Virus record (IMG/VR): IMGVR_UViG_3300034065_000046
Location: 1 to 50,739 of that record
Length of the DNA: 50,739 nt
Origin: a virus
Taxonomy: Duplodnaviria; Caudoviricetes
Direction: 5' to 3' (one strand)
This document shows, piece after piece, positions 19,442 through 28,467 of the stretch; the stretch's first letter is position 1, and every line of letters begins with the position of its first letter. The position numbers and the translations under genes are program-made. Under the pieces are notes generated by a model. It was given only the letters and a program-made list of their open reading frames with translations. It had not been told where the DNA came from and did no database searches.

Positions 19442-19588
19442 TTACTCCTTAATAATCTTCATACATGCATTTACATCTGCTGACTTTTCACACGTATAAG
19501 ATTGACTTTGATTTATTGCACAGCGTGTCATCATTCCTAAGCAGGTAAGAAATGCCAATGTAAGTATTGCTAATTTTTCAGTATTCAT
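19442..19588 (-). CDS. Small membrane-anchored protein (48 aa)
   Basis: N-terminal hydrophobic helix; ATGA overlap. Confidence 0.5.
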   Translation of the reverse strand: MNTEKLAILTLAFLTCLGMMTRCAINQSQSYTCEKSADVNACMKIIKE

Positions 19589-19848
19589 ACTTTCACCTTT
19601 GGGAATTTACTGTGGATACTTTGTAATTTATGATAATGCTCATTAGCCGTATCTATTAAATATTCCTCATCACCACACTTATCAAATCCATCAACTACAA
19701 TATCTTTCACGCCATATTTCATCGAATTTGGAATAAACATTAATCCTCCCATATCTCCTGACCCAAGCCAGTACCGGTATATTCCAAATTCACACTGACA
19801 CTCCCACTTATCAAACCCGCTTAAATCACTAAGATAATTATCACTCAT
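19585..19848 (-). CDS. Hypothetical protein
   Basis: ATG 19848 overlaps the upstream stop. Confidence 0.55.
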   Translation of the reverse strand: MSDNYLSDLSGFDKWECQCEFGIYRYWLGSGDMGGLMFIPNSMKYGVKDIVVDGFDKCGDEEYLIDTANEHYHKLQSIHSKFPKVKV

Positions 19849-20629
19849 GCCAAATTGCCTTAATAACGCTGTTATTCCAATCAAGTACAGTAAAGTTACA
19901 TTCTTTACCCTTATACTGCTTTGGTAGATATACGGGTAATTCATAGCCAATTCTGCCGATGTTAGGTTTTAATAATACCGGTAATAATTTATAGCGTGTA
20001 GATGTTAGAATTACATCCGCAGCAAATATCTTCTCACCTGTATCAAGCTCCCAATAACCACCTAATGGCAGTGGCTTGAGTGTAATGCGCTTTTGGATAA
20101 AGGCTAGAAATTCATCGAAGTCTTTAGTATAAATATCCTCATATAGATATCTAAATTTATAATAAGAATCAGAGCTAAGATTAAAAAATACTTCCATGAC
20201 TCTTATGTTGCGATATACATCTGCATGAGATTGTTCAGGTAAAAATCCGTTATGAATTAATACCTCCTTAAGATTATCTTTAGTTATCGGATGAATAACT
20301 ACATGACCTTGAAAGCCTATTGACCCCTCAAAGTCTACGTCTTTAACATCATGTGCGGATTCGCTCCATGGTGTACCATTTGGCGTAGTGTGAAACTTTA
20401 ATTTACTATCGCTAATATCTGGTACAGCAAAATTGGATTCAAAGATTGGTTCAAATTTATCTATTAAGTTTACCAAGAAACCCTCAGTCCCATCGTCAGT
20501 TGTAGTTGTAAATGAAGCACTTTCAATCCTATGCAACGGGTATATTTTGCCAAGCGTAAAATTATCGTTCCAAGTACCAGTTATACACTTAACCTTACTC
20601 GCACCCTCGAAGTCTTTAATTGTTCTCAT
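19841..20629 (-). CDS. Hypothetical phage protein
   Basis: 262 aa; N-terminal VKCI...FTLGKIY module. Confidence 0.7.
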   Translation of the reverse strand: MRTIKDFEGASKVKCITGTWNDNFTLGKIYPLHRIESASFTTTTDDGTEGFLVNLIDKFEPIFESNFAVPDISDSKLKFHTTPNGTPWSESAHDVKDVDFEGSIGFQGHVVIHPITKDNLKEVLIHNGFLPEQSHADVYRNIRVMEVFFNLSSDSYYKFRYLYEDIYTKDFDEFLAFIQKRITLKPLPLGGYWELDTGEKIFAADVILTSTRYKLLPVLLKPNIGRIGYELPVYLPKQYKGKECNFTVLDWNNSVIKAIWHE

Positions 20630-20765
20630 TATTTACTACTCCATTAAAATATAAATGTATCAAATCTTCTACGGTATCCATAACCATAACTTCGTTATAT
20701 GGATTAGGAATTACTCTAGCATCTTCGAATTTAACTACATCATCAGTTAGGTATTGTATTGGCAT
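20616..20765 (-). CDS. Small hypothetical protein (49 aa)
   Basis: AAGGAG RBS; fills the gap between SSB and the next gene. Confidence 0.45.
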   Translation of the reverse strand: MPIQYLTDDVVKFEDARVIPNPYNEVMVMDTVEDLIHLYFNGVVNNENN

Positions 20766-20780
20766 AATTTATCTCCTTAT

Positions 20781-21197
20781 TTAGAACGGAATCGTATCTG
20801 AAGTTAATTCAGTTACCGGAGTATCGGGTAATGTCATCGTTTCAGATACACCATCATCCTGCACTCCCTCAGCTAAGTCTTTTTTTCCTGACACTAACTC
20901 TACTGCATTGCACCATACCTCTAATGATGCAGCCGGTTCACCACTTTTGGTAGAGTAAACATTAAGCGTAGGATTACCCGAGATATAAACTTTACTGCCT
21001 TTTATCATAAAGTCGGCAATCTTAGCTCCATACTCCTGCGACATTGTGCAGTTTACCCAGAATGTAGGTTTATAGTTTCCTGCCTTATCCTTGCCCGTAG
21101 ATACACCTACACTGAATTTATACAGTGCTGTACCCATCTTAGTAGTTTGTAGTGATATATTGTGTCCTAGTACCCCAATTGCAGTTAGTGATTTCAT
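20781..21197 (-). CDS. ssb: Single-stranded DNA-binding protein
   Basis: OB fold (KGSKVYISG) and acidic C-terminus ending DTIPF. Confidence 0.93.
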   Translation of the reverse strand: MKSLTAIGVLGHNISLQTTKMGTALYKFSVGVSTGKDKAGNYKPTFWVNCTMSQEYGAKIADFMIKGSKVYISGNPTLNVYSTKSGEPAASLEVWCNAVELVSGKKDLAEGVQDDGVSETMTLPDTPVTELTSDTIPF

Positions 21198-21880
21198 AGT
21201 GTTAATCCTTTAATCGTTAAGTTATGTTTCTTAGCAGTATCAATTATTTGCGGAGCTAAATTATTAAGCAAATCCCAATAGCCAAGTACACACTCCGTTA
21301 CTTCATTCTCCATATTTGCATACCGGTATAATACAAATGCGTTATAACTCTCCAAAGTTATACAGCAATTATTCTCGTCTTTGTCTATTTGAAATATATC
21401 ATACTGGAATTGGTCAAGTCCGGTCATCATTAAATACGCCTTATATTGCATACTATTCATGTAATTATCTACATCAAACTTGCCAGTAGTTTTTGTATCA
21501 TAGACTTTTATTGCATCTATGCCATCGACTCTGCCGTATATTTTAATACCTCCAATAATGCCAGATACCTTGACCTCCCTACATGCCGGTAGTGATATTT
21601 CAATATTCACATCAGGCGGGCATATAATAGACCAGTCATTCACTGTAGCACTGTCCGGCAATTTACCACTTGGCGCAAGCTCCAGCCATTTATGAAATGC
21701 AGTACCAGCAGTTAAATGGTAAGATACTGGTTCAAGCCTTAATAATCTATTAATAAATAATTCCACCGTATATTCTGGAGGATTATCCCCATAGTTATAA
21801 ACTACTCCAGTTAGGAATTGTTTATAATTATCTAATTGACTTGGGCTTATCCATTTGGTTAGCCATTTATTATTTAACAT
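21194..21880 (-). CDS. PD-(D/E)XK exonuclease
   Basis: GTAFH, GRVD, YDTKT and QYKAY motifs; between the Sak4-like gene and SSB. Confidence 0.8.
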   Translation of the reverse strand: MLNNKWLTKWISPSQLDNYKQFLTGVVYNYGDNPPEYTVELFINRLLRLEPVSYHLTAGTAFHKWLELAPSGKLPDSATVNDWSIICPPDVNIEISLPACREVKVSGIIGGIKIYGRVDGIDAIKVYDTKTTGKFDVDNYMNSMQYKAYLMMTGLDQFQYDIFQIDKDENNCCITLESYNAFVLYRYANMENEVTECVLGYWDLLNNLAPQIIDTAKKHNLTIKGLTL

Positions 21881-22820
21881 TTTCTACTTCCGCAAAATAA
21901 TCATCGGCAGCATTTTCTATATTTTCAACTACCGGAGCGATAAACATTTTATCTTCTTTGGAGTAGGTGTATCCAAGTTCTGTAGCTCTTTTCATTAATT
22001 GTTGCTTAAGTGCTATGTTTGCACCTATTACCTTATTGGTAGTAAGATTTGTACACTCAATAGGCGTAGCAGCCTTGTCTATGGCTTCTAATGCAGCGTT
22101 AAAATCTTTTTCTAACTGCACCTGTGCATCACTCTTGTTATTTAATGTTTCTTTAGCAGTTTTGATAATATCAGCTAGGTAGTTCCCGCTATCTTTAATG
22201 TCCGGTATTGTAATAGCTGGTAGCCCTGCACAGTTTTTACCCAAGTATGAATCCGTAGGGTTAAAACACAAGGTACGTTTATTGTTTACCATATACAGGT
22301 AGCCGAGTAAGTCGCTAATTTTGGTAATCTCTTGTTTGGCAGAACCCATTGCATCTATCCGGTAAATAGTAGTATCACCATCTGCTGACTCTTTTGCATG
22401 AGCTAGTAAAATAATATCCTTACCAAAACCACGTAGTTTAGTAATGAATGTTTTAAACGTAGTAGCGAGTGCGCCAAATCCTTGAAGTGATAGACTACCA
22501 TCAGATTTACCATACTTAGGGTTAGTTTTAATTAAATGGTCTGACATTACCTCAAGTAATCTACCCGCCACATCAATTACGATTGTATTATACGGGGTTA
22601 ATTCTTCTTCGGCTAATCCTGATACATCGCCCCACTTGGTAATTTGCACTGCATCTCCACGTTTAGCAGCTCTGATAATACCGTTATCGAAGTCTAACAA
22701 AAGCGGTTTGTCTGCGGTAAATGCGGCGGTTGTCTTACCAATGCCGGGGTTTGAATAAATAGTTACAATTAGATTTTTAACCGTAACTGCCTGAGTAGCT
22801 TTAACTATAGTTATACTCAT
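21870..22820 (-). CDS. Sak4-like AAA ATPase/recombinase
   Basis: Walker A PGIGKTT, LLDFDNG, TIVID, LAHAKE. Confidence 0.85.
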   Translation of the reverse strand: MSITIVKATQAVTVKNLIVTIYSNPGIGKTTAAFTADKPLLLDFDNGIIRAAKRGDAVQITKWGDVSGLAEEELTPYNTIVIDVAGRLLEVMSDHLIKTNPKYGKSDGSLSLQGFGALATTFKTFITKLRGFGKDIILLAHAKESADGDTTIYRIDAMGSAKQEITKISDLLGYLYMVNNKRTLCFNPTDSYLGKNCAGLPAITIPDIKDSGNYLADIIKTAKETLNNKSDAQVQLEKDFNAALEAIDKAATPIECTNLTTNKVIGANIALKQQLMKRATELGYTYSKEDKMFIAPVVENIENAADDYFAEVENVK

Positions 22821-23788
22821 TATTTACAATCCTTAATAAGTTGAATTAATTTGTCTGCATATTTATCAAATGCTGCTGACCTTGCTGACCATGCTGACTC
22901 TGCTGACCTTGCTGCTGACTCTGCTGACCTTGCTGCTAACGCTGCTGCTGACCTTGCTGCTGACCTTGCTGCTGACCTTGCTGCTGACTCTGCTGACCAT
23001 GCTGCTGACTCTGCTGACCTTGCTGCTAACGCTGCTGCTGACCTTGCTGCTGACTCTGCTGACCTTGCTGCTAACGCTGCTGCTGACCTTGCTGCTGACT
23101 CTGCTGACCATGCTGCTGACTCTGCTGACCTTGCTGCTGACCATGCTGCTGACTCTGCTGACCTTGCTGCTGACTCTGCTGCTGACCATGCTGCTGACTC
23201 TGCTGACCATGCTGACTCTGCTGACCTTGCTGCTAACGCTGCTGCTGACCTTGCTGACCTTGCTGCTGACCTTGCTGCTGACCTTGCTGCTGACCATGCT
23301 GCTGACTCTGCTGACCTTGCTGCTGACTCTGCTGCTGACCTTGCTGCTGACTCTGCTGACTCATCATCCTTAAAATCTGTATTATGGTAAATAATTACAT
23401 CATCAATACATTTTTTAACATCGGGAAACTTCTCATGGTCAAATGTAGTCAATGCCTGTTCCAGAATATATATTATAAACGGGTTTTTAATAGTTTCTAA
23501 ATCTGCACCAACTGTTATGGATTGCAAAAACTCTAGTGGAAATGTTTTAGATTTTTCTAAACTCATACCTTCAAATAATGAGTCTTCGACTCTAGCTAAC
23601 CATTCCGGTACACCAAGCTCAGTTTCATAATCTTTATGTGAGTAGTGGTTTAAAGTGCATCCAACAGCACATCGTTGCGAATCACCTTTTTCAAGATTAT
23701 CCATTGCTACGTGTTGCTCCATACGGGTTACGTACTTGTCTTTTACTTCCTGTAGATTATGATAGGCTATTAATTTATTTTGTTCCAT
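22820..23788 (-). CDS. Hypothetical protein with SAA(R/W/E) low-complexity array
   Basis: Globular N-terminus (CAVGCT) plus about 160 aa of SAAR/SAAW/SAE/ALA repeats; AGGAG RBS. Confidence 0.8.
   Translation of the reverse strand: MEQNKLIAYHNLQEVKDKYVTRMEQHVAMDNLEKGDSQRCAVGCTLNHYSHKDYETELGVPEWLARVEDSLFEGMSLEKSKTFPLEFLQSITVGADLETIKNPFIIYILEQALTTFDHEKFPDVKKCIDDVIIYHNTDFKDDESAESAARSAAESAARSAESAAWSAARSAARSAARSARSAAALAARSAESAWSAESAAWSAAESAARSAESAAWSAARSAESAAWSAESAARSAAALAARSAESAARSAAALAARSAESAAWSAESAARSAARSAARSAAALAARSAESAARSAESAWSARSAAFDKYADKLIQLIKDCK
22870..23362. repeat. Modular tandem repeat of 9/12-nt units (GCT)n-GAC-CTT/CAT/TCT
   Basis: Seen directly; almost no synonymous variation. Confidence 0.95.
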
Positions 23789-23861
23789 TTATACTCTCCT
23801 TGAGTGATTGTTTATTGTTCAGTATATATATTAGCATATATGCAAGTATTATAGCAAGTAA

Positions 23862-25229
23862 TTATTGCATTATTTTAACATCATACCCTTTTACGGATTG
23901 CGCTTGAATCATCTTTATAAATGTATTTAATTTAGTTTCGTCTTTGCATGAAATCATCAATTTAACACAGAAGTTTTCTGGCGCAGTAATGTTAGTAGTC
24001 GGTACTGTTTCAGGTATTACCGGAGTTGCGGTTTTAGGGTAAACGTTTTCTGCCACCTGTTTGACTTCTTTATTTTTAAGGTCAAAGTTTATAAATGCAT
24101 TTTCTACCTGTTCATCGGTAAATTTATCAATAGGCATTAAGCTATAAGCTACGGTCATATTGTATTTATTATTTAACTGTTGCAGTAACCGTGTCCTGCT
24201 TTCTATTTTGACATTTTCAAGCTCCTTAGCTATTCTCACGCTGTCTTGAGCTTGGAATAAGGTTTCAGCCCGTTTATTTATATCATCGGCAATAGCCTTA
24301 ATTTTCCATTTAGCCAAGTAGTAATCTTCAAGTATTGAAAGCATTGTACCGTGTACCTGATTAAGTCCATGTTTCTCAATAGCTGCATGAATAAGTACCT
24401 CTATTTCTGCTCTCTTATCAGCCTTAGCTTTAGCTTTTACTTCTGCCTGACGTTTGGCAATATCAGCAAATTGCGTTTCAGCGTAGGTTATAGCATAATC
24501 AACATCGGCTTTAAGCTGTTTTAATGCTTCCTGTATCGGCTTGGTGAGGGTTATCCGGTGAGTATCTAGCTCCTTAATCCAATCTTTGACAATCTTTACT
24601 TTTGTTAATTGTTCGGATTCTTCAAGCTCATTTATACCGCTGAAGTTATTATCAATAAAGCTGATTGCATCTGTTTTGTTAAATGTAATAGCTCCATTAT
24701 TAATTTGCAATAATTGAGTTACTGGTATTATTTGGTTATTTGATTTTACTGGTTTATTAAATGTTTCAAGACTAAGACCTTTATATTCTGGCATTTCTGT
24801 ATGTCTAGCATTGAGCCAGCAAGCGGCAGTTTGTCCATACTTAGTAACTATATAATTCATAACAGTTTCATTTTGCTGTAGCATCACTACATTTTTAATA
24901 TATTTGTCAAATGACTCTGGATTAATGGGGGTTTGAAAATTAATTACATCAATATGGCTAATAAATGCCACTTCTTCATATGGTATATCTGGGAAGTAAT
25001 GTTTAAAATCAGTCTTAAATTTATTTAAGATAATGGTTTGTATTGTTTTAGTTGTTTTCATTGTATCCTCATCTATAAAAGTTAAATTATCTCTTGTTAC
25101 TATGTGCTTTTGACCATTGATTGTAAAATGCCCCATTCTTTCGCCTAGTTTACCATCATCGACAGGTATGTATTCACCCTCTATTTCTTTAGGAATACAA
25201 ACATCTCTGCCAATATATTTTGCTCTCAC
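23862..25229 (-). CDS. DUF1351-like coiled-coil protein; possible internal start at 25061
   Basis: KELDTHRITLTKPI coiled-coil region; GAGGA RBS before ATG 25061. Confidence 0.6.
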   Translation of the reverse strand: MRAKYIGRDVCIPKEIEGEYIPVDDGKLGERMGHFTINGQKHIVTRDNLTFIDEDTMKTTKTIQTIILNKFKTDFKHYFPDIPYEEVAFISHIDVINFQTPINPESFDKYIKNVVMLQQNETVMNYIVTKYGQTAACWLNARHTEMPEYKGLSLETFNKPVKSNNQIIPVTQLLQINNGAITFNKTDAISFIDNNFSGINELEESEQLTKVKIVKDWIKELDTHRITLTKPIQEALKQLKADVDYAITYAETQFADIAKRQAEVKAKAKADKRAEIEVLIHAAIEKHGLNQVHGTMLSILEDYYLAKWKIKAIADDINKRAETLFQAQDSVRIAKELENVKIESRTRLLQQLNNKYNMTVAYSLMPIDKFTDEQVENAFINFDLKNKEVKQVAENVYPKTATPVIPETVPTTNITAPENFCVKLMISCKDETKLNTFIKMIQAQSVKGYDVKIMQ

Positions 25230-25447
25230 TTCGGTTCTCCGGTTAAATAATATCTAGCGTAGTTAGTACTAGTTATTCTGTTATATTCTCGCTCTGTCCT
25301 AAAGGTACAGCCTTGTTTTTTTAGTAGGTAGATAACGGCACTCAAGCGAGTTACTTTATATTTGACAAAAGATTCATAACTGGTAATATTACCCTTAAGT
25401 TGCAAGTGCGCCAGTATCAGCGCAGTTTGTGTTTTTAATTCACTCAT
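25226..25447 (-). CDS. Winged-HTH protein
   Basis: ILAHLQ..GNITSYE...TRLSAVIYLLKKQG. Confidence 0.75.
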   Translation of the reverse strand: MSELKTQTALILAHLQLKGNITSYESFVKYKVTRLSAVIYLLKKQGCTFRTEREYNRITSTNYARYYLTGEPK

Positions 25448-25653
25448 TATTTATCCTCCTGCGTAGTATTACAATACGGACATACAAGGTGGGAATCACC
25501 AAAGCTGTCAAGTTGATTATTCTCCGGTTCTTCAAAGCTGAATGTTTTTTCGCAATGACTGCATTCTGTCAATCCATGTTCTTCTGGAGTATCGGAATCA
25601 TTATCACATTCAGTTCTCCATTGGTCGTAGGCGTTACCTCCAAAGTTACTCAT
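25447..25653 (-). CDS. Small zinc-finger protein
   Basis: YDQWRT, CSHC...CPYC. Confidence 0.6.
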   Translation of the reverse strand: MSNFGGNAYDQWRTECDNDSDTPEEHGLTECSHCEKTFSFEEPENNQLDSFGDSHLVCPYCNTTQEDK

Positions 25654-25838
25654 TTTACTTCTCCGCAAAACTTATTAATAAAATCATGAGTATATTTAGC
25701 AACTTTTAAGCTAACATCACGTTTACTAAGTAGAAATTCATGCGCTGTAGCGTTGTCAAGACCTATACAGCTTACTACTAGCGAGGTGCTATCCATGCTA
25801 TCCTGAGCCTGTTTAATTTGTTTGTTATCTAGTTTCAT
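25650..25838 (-). CDS. First gene of the leftward operon, hypothetical
   Basis: AAGGT RBS downstream of the leftward promoter. Confidence 0.55.
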   Translation of the reverse strand: MKLDNKQIKQAQDSMDSTSLVVSCIGLDNATAHEFLLSKRDVSLKVAKYTHDFINKFCGEVK

Positions 25839-25878
25839 TTTGATTACCTTATGATGGTTATTTTTTAATTCCAACGAT

Positions 25879-25907
25879 AGTATAAACTATCTGATTAAAT
25901 AATGCAA
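25879..25907 (-). promoter_or_regulatory. Leftward sigma70-type promoter
   Basis: TTGCAT-N17-TATACT on the minus strand. Confidence 0.7.
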
Positions 25908-25965
25908 GTATTTATTGCAACAAAGTGAAACTAATTTAATCCGATTCATGCAAATTACACTTGCA
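25903..25965. promoter_or_regulatory. Two TGCAA-N7-TTGCA operator-like palindromes
   Basis: At 25903-25919 and 25949-25965, each overlapping a -35 box. Confidence 0.6.
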
Positions 25966-25989
25966 ATTAATAAAAATATATGTTATATT
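25961..25989 (+). promoter_or_regulatory. Rightward sigma70-type promoter
   Basis: TTGCAA-N17-TATATT with TGn. Confidence 0.7.
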
Positions 25990-26018
25990 ACAGTATAAAA
26001 TGCGTTAAGGGGGGCATA

Positions 26019-26249
26019 ATGAATAAGCAAAAAAGGCACTTATCACCTATATTGTATGTGAGAAATAAACTAGAAATTCCTAAAAAGCAATTAGCTATTA
26101 TATTGGGTATTAATGAATGTACTATATATCGCTGGATGGCTAATAGTGGCAAGATACCTGTAAAATATCACAAATCTATTATTGACTATGCAGTTAGTGA
26201 AAATATCAAAATTAATGAGAAGTTTTTATTACATGGTAGTACATTATAA
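26019..26249 (+). CDS. Cro-like HTH transcriptional regulator
   Basis: KQLAIILGINECTIYRW...GKIP; first gene of the rightward operon. Confidence 0.8.
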   Translation: MNKQKRHLSPILYVRNKLEIPKKQLAIILGINECTIYRWMANSGKIPVKYHKSIIDYAVSENIKINEKFLLHGSTL

Positions 26250-26278
26250 TTGCATTTTTATTATAATGTTGTTATAAT
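26250..26278 (+). promoter_or_regulatory. Sigma70-type promoter
   Basis: TTGCAT-N17-TATAAT with TGn. Confidence 0.75.
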
Positions 26279-26281
26279 TAC

Positions 26282-26388
26282 GACTTGGAAATTTGTATAT
26301 CGTGCATTGTAGGCATTAAATCCAAGTTTCTTGATAAATTAGGCTCGATTATCCATTACTACAATTAATGGAATATTGGGCTTTTTTT
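26282..26388 (+). ncRNA. Kissing-loop leader/terminator element A
   Basis: Hairpin loop ATTGTAG (26306-12) is complementary to terminator loop CTACAAT (26359-65); T tract follows. Confidence 0.65.
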
Positions 26389-26402
26389 ATTTGGAGTTCA
26401 AA

Positions 26403-26516
26403 ATGTGTCCATATTTTCAATATGAATTACTCAAAGCTAAAATCCAAGCTCAAAACTATTCTCCACAGGTATATCAACAAAAACTAAAACAAATTGCTGA
26501 AAGATTAGGAATATAG
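26403..26516 (+). CDS. Small phage protein (37 aa)
   Basis: GGAG RBS; YELLKAKI...YQQKLKQIAERLGI. Confidence 0.6.
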   Translation: MCPYFQYELLKAKIQAQNYSPQVYQQKLKQIAERLGI

Positions 26517-26566
26517 TTATCTTTATCTTTATCTTATGCTATAATATTATCTTTAAAGGAAAAGCA

Positions 26567-26800
26567 ATGCAACAACCAGTGACAATTAATGCACTCGAAC
26601 AAAGAATATTAGACTTTTTACCTTCATATTGTGAAACAACAGCGCAAGAAATAGGTGATGGAATAGGGGTAGCTAGGGTGACTATTAATAAATATTTAAA
26701 AATATTATCTGAAAAAAAGCTAATTACCCGCGAAATTATAACTTTGATTGGAGGAACTACTAAAGACCGCAGATGGATATCTTTGATTACTAAATTATAG
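26567..26800 (+). CDS. Winged-HTH DNA-binding protein
   Basis: TAQEIGDGIGVARVTINKYLKIL..KKLI; TGcTATAAT upstream. Confidence 0.75.
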   Translation: MQQPVTINALEQRILDFLPSYCETTAQEIGDGIGVARVTINKYLKILSEKKLITREIITLIGGTTKDRRWISLITKL

Positions 26801-26809
26801 GAAAATAAT

Positions 26810-27646
26810 ATGAATTCAAAAAGATTTTATCTTTTTAAAGACTCTTTATCATTATTAGATAAAATGACTAATGAACAAGCAGGGATATTTATCAAATCTA
26901 TATATCAATATCAAATTACAGGTAAATTACCTATACTAGATTTTGGTTTAGATATGGCAATCACACCATTTATTAATCAATTTATACGAGATGATGAAGC
27001 ATATAAAAAGGTTTGTGAACGCAATAAACACAATGGATTACATGGTGGTAGACCCACAACCCAAGATAACCCAGATAACCCAGTCGGTTATTTACTAACC
27101 CAAGATAACCCAGATAACCCAGTCGGTTATTTACTAACCCAAGATAACCCAGATAAACCCTATAAGGATAAGGATACGGATACGGATACTAATAAGATAA
27201 GAAAAGATAATATAAAATCAGTAAAAAAAGATAAACTATTAATTTCTGAAACCGCTAAAGCAATTTCAGAGGTGTTTGACTTTTGGAAATTAACAATGAA
27301 TAGTCCAGATTCTAAACTGGATAAAAAACGTTCTAAACTTATAGAATTACGTTTATCTGAATTTACTATTGAAGTATTAAAAGAAGCAATCATCGGATGT
27401 AGTAATTCTACATTTCATATGGGTGATAATGACAGAAACACAAAATATAACAGTATTGAATTTATTTGTAGAGATGTATCTAATGTTGAAAAGTTTATTA
27501 ATAAACCTAATTCAACATATCAATTTGACCCCAACAAACCGCCACCTGAAACATCTCCATTGTACTTTATATGGGAAACTGAAATGCTTGAGCGTAATGG
27601 TATGTTTGTTTCATCAGAAAATCACGGTGGTGTATCATGCAACTAA
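26810..27646 (+). CDS. Replication initiator (DUF6291-like N-terminus, lambda O analogue)
   Basis: MTNEQAG..IKSIYQY, NGLHGGRP, internal iterons; upstream of the helicase. Confidence 0.8.
   Translation: MNSKRFYLFKDSLSLLDKMTNEQAGIFIKSIYQYQITGKLPILDFGLDMAITPFINQFIRDDEAYKKVCERNKHNGLHGGRPTTQDNPDNPVGYLLTQDNPDNPVGYLLTQDNPDKPYKDKDTDTDTNKIRKDNIKSVKKDKLLISETAKAISEVFDFWKLTMNSPDSKLDKKRSKLIELRLSEFTIEVLKEAIIGCSNSTFHMGDNDRNTKYNSIEFICRDVSNVEKFINKPNSTYQFDPNKPPPETSPLYFIWETEMLERNGMFVSSENHGGVSCN
27058..27190. repeat. Iteron-like repeats; probable replication origin
   Basis: 39-bp unit x2.5 built from AACCCA(A)GAT cores, followed by GGATA(A/C) repeats. Confidence 0.75.
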
Positions 27647-28467
27647 TGAATCAGGAAAATTTTAATACCAGTAAAAATTTAGTTATTGAAGCACTGGAAT
27701 GTGGTATTTGGGAATTTGATACACGCAACGGTATAGGTAAGGATGATTTTCTAGTTATTAGCGGGGGTACAGGCAGCGGTAAATCAACTTTGTCGTTGTT
27801 CATGGCATGTAATATAGCCAAGAGTGGGAAACGTGTGCTATACTTCAATACGGAAAATTCCATGCAAGTTATGTCAAAAAAAATAGAGTTCTTAGGATTT
27901 GAGTTTGATAAAGACTTTGGAGAACCAAACCAAAAAGGTAATCCAGAACGGTTAATTATATGGAATGCAACTGAATTAACTTTTGAACAAGTGAATAATG
28001 CTGTGTTAGCTTATAAGCCGGATGTTTTGATTTTAGATTTATTTAGTTCTATTTTGGAGAAGTTTCAAAATTGGGAGTTTATCAATAAAACCCGTGATTA
28101 TGCGAAAGATTTTAGTTTTTATCCAGACAAATATAAATGTGCTGTTATTGTAACTGAGCAATTAACTAAAGACCCATCCAGATGTAAAAGACCTACTGAA
28201 AACGATATTGCAGGCGGTAAGGGATTGGGAAATAAGGCTACAAAAATAATAACTATTTATCGACATGCAAAAGAAAACATGGAAAAGCTAATGGAAGATA
28301 CCAGTCAATTAAATATTTCCCATATAGTAAGCGAGTTAGTAGTTCGTAAGGATAGGCATGGTAGAATACCTACAAAAATTTATCCGGTTAAACTTGAATT
28401 TGGTGGTTTTAAATCACTGATGACTTATGAATTAGCTCAATATTTGGAATCTTTGAAAGGTAAATAA
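27637..28467 (+). CDS. DnaB-like (SF4) replicative helicase, ATPase domain only
   Basis: GGTGSGKST, FNTE, LILD, EQL, KDRHG. Confidence 0.8.
   Translation: MQLMNQENFNTSKNLVIEALECGIWEFDTRNGIGKDDFLVISGGTGSGKSTLSLFMACNIAKSGKRVLYFNTENSMQVMSKKIEFLGFEFDKDFGEPNQKGNPERLIIWNATELTFEQVNNAVLAYKPDVLILDLFSSILEKFQNWEFINKTRDYAKDFSFYPDKYKCAVIVTEQLTKDPSRCKRPTENDIAGGKGLGNKATKIITIYRHAKENMEKLMEDTSQLNISHIVSELVVRKDRHGRIPTKIYPVKLEFGGFKSLMTYELAQYLESLKGK

Noticed and set aside
22851-23390. Overlapping ORFs (ADLAAD, LLTLL, VSSK repeats) or a CRISPR-like array
   Set aside because: Shadow frames of the codon repeat; no unique spacers and no cas operon
25850-26250. Lambda-like CI/Cro lysogeny switch
   Set aside because: Divergent promoters and a Cro-like gene are present, but the leftward gene is not CI-like and no integrase or ParA was seen; lifestyle is unresolved
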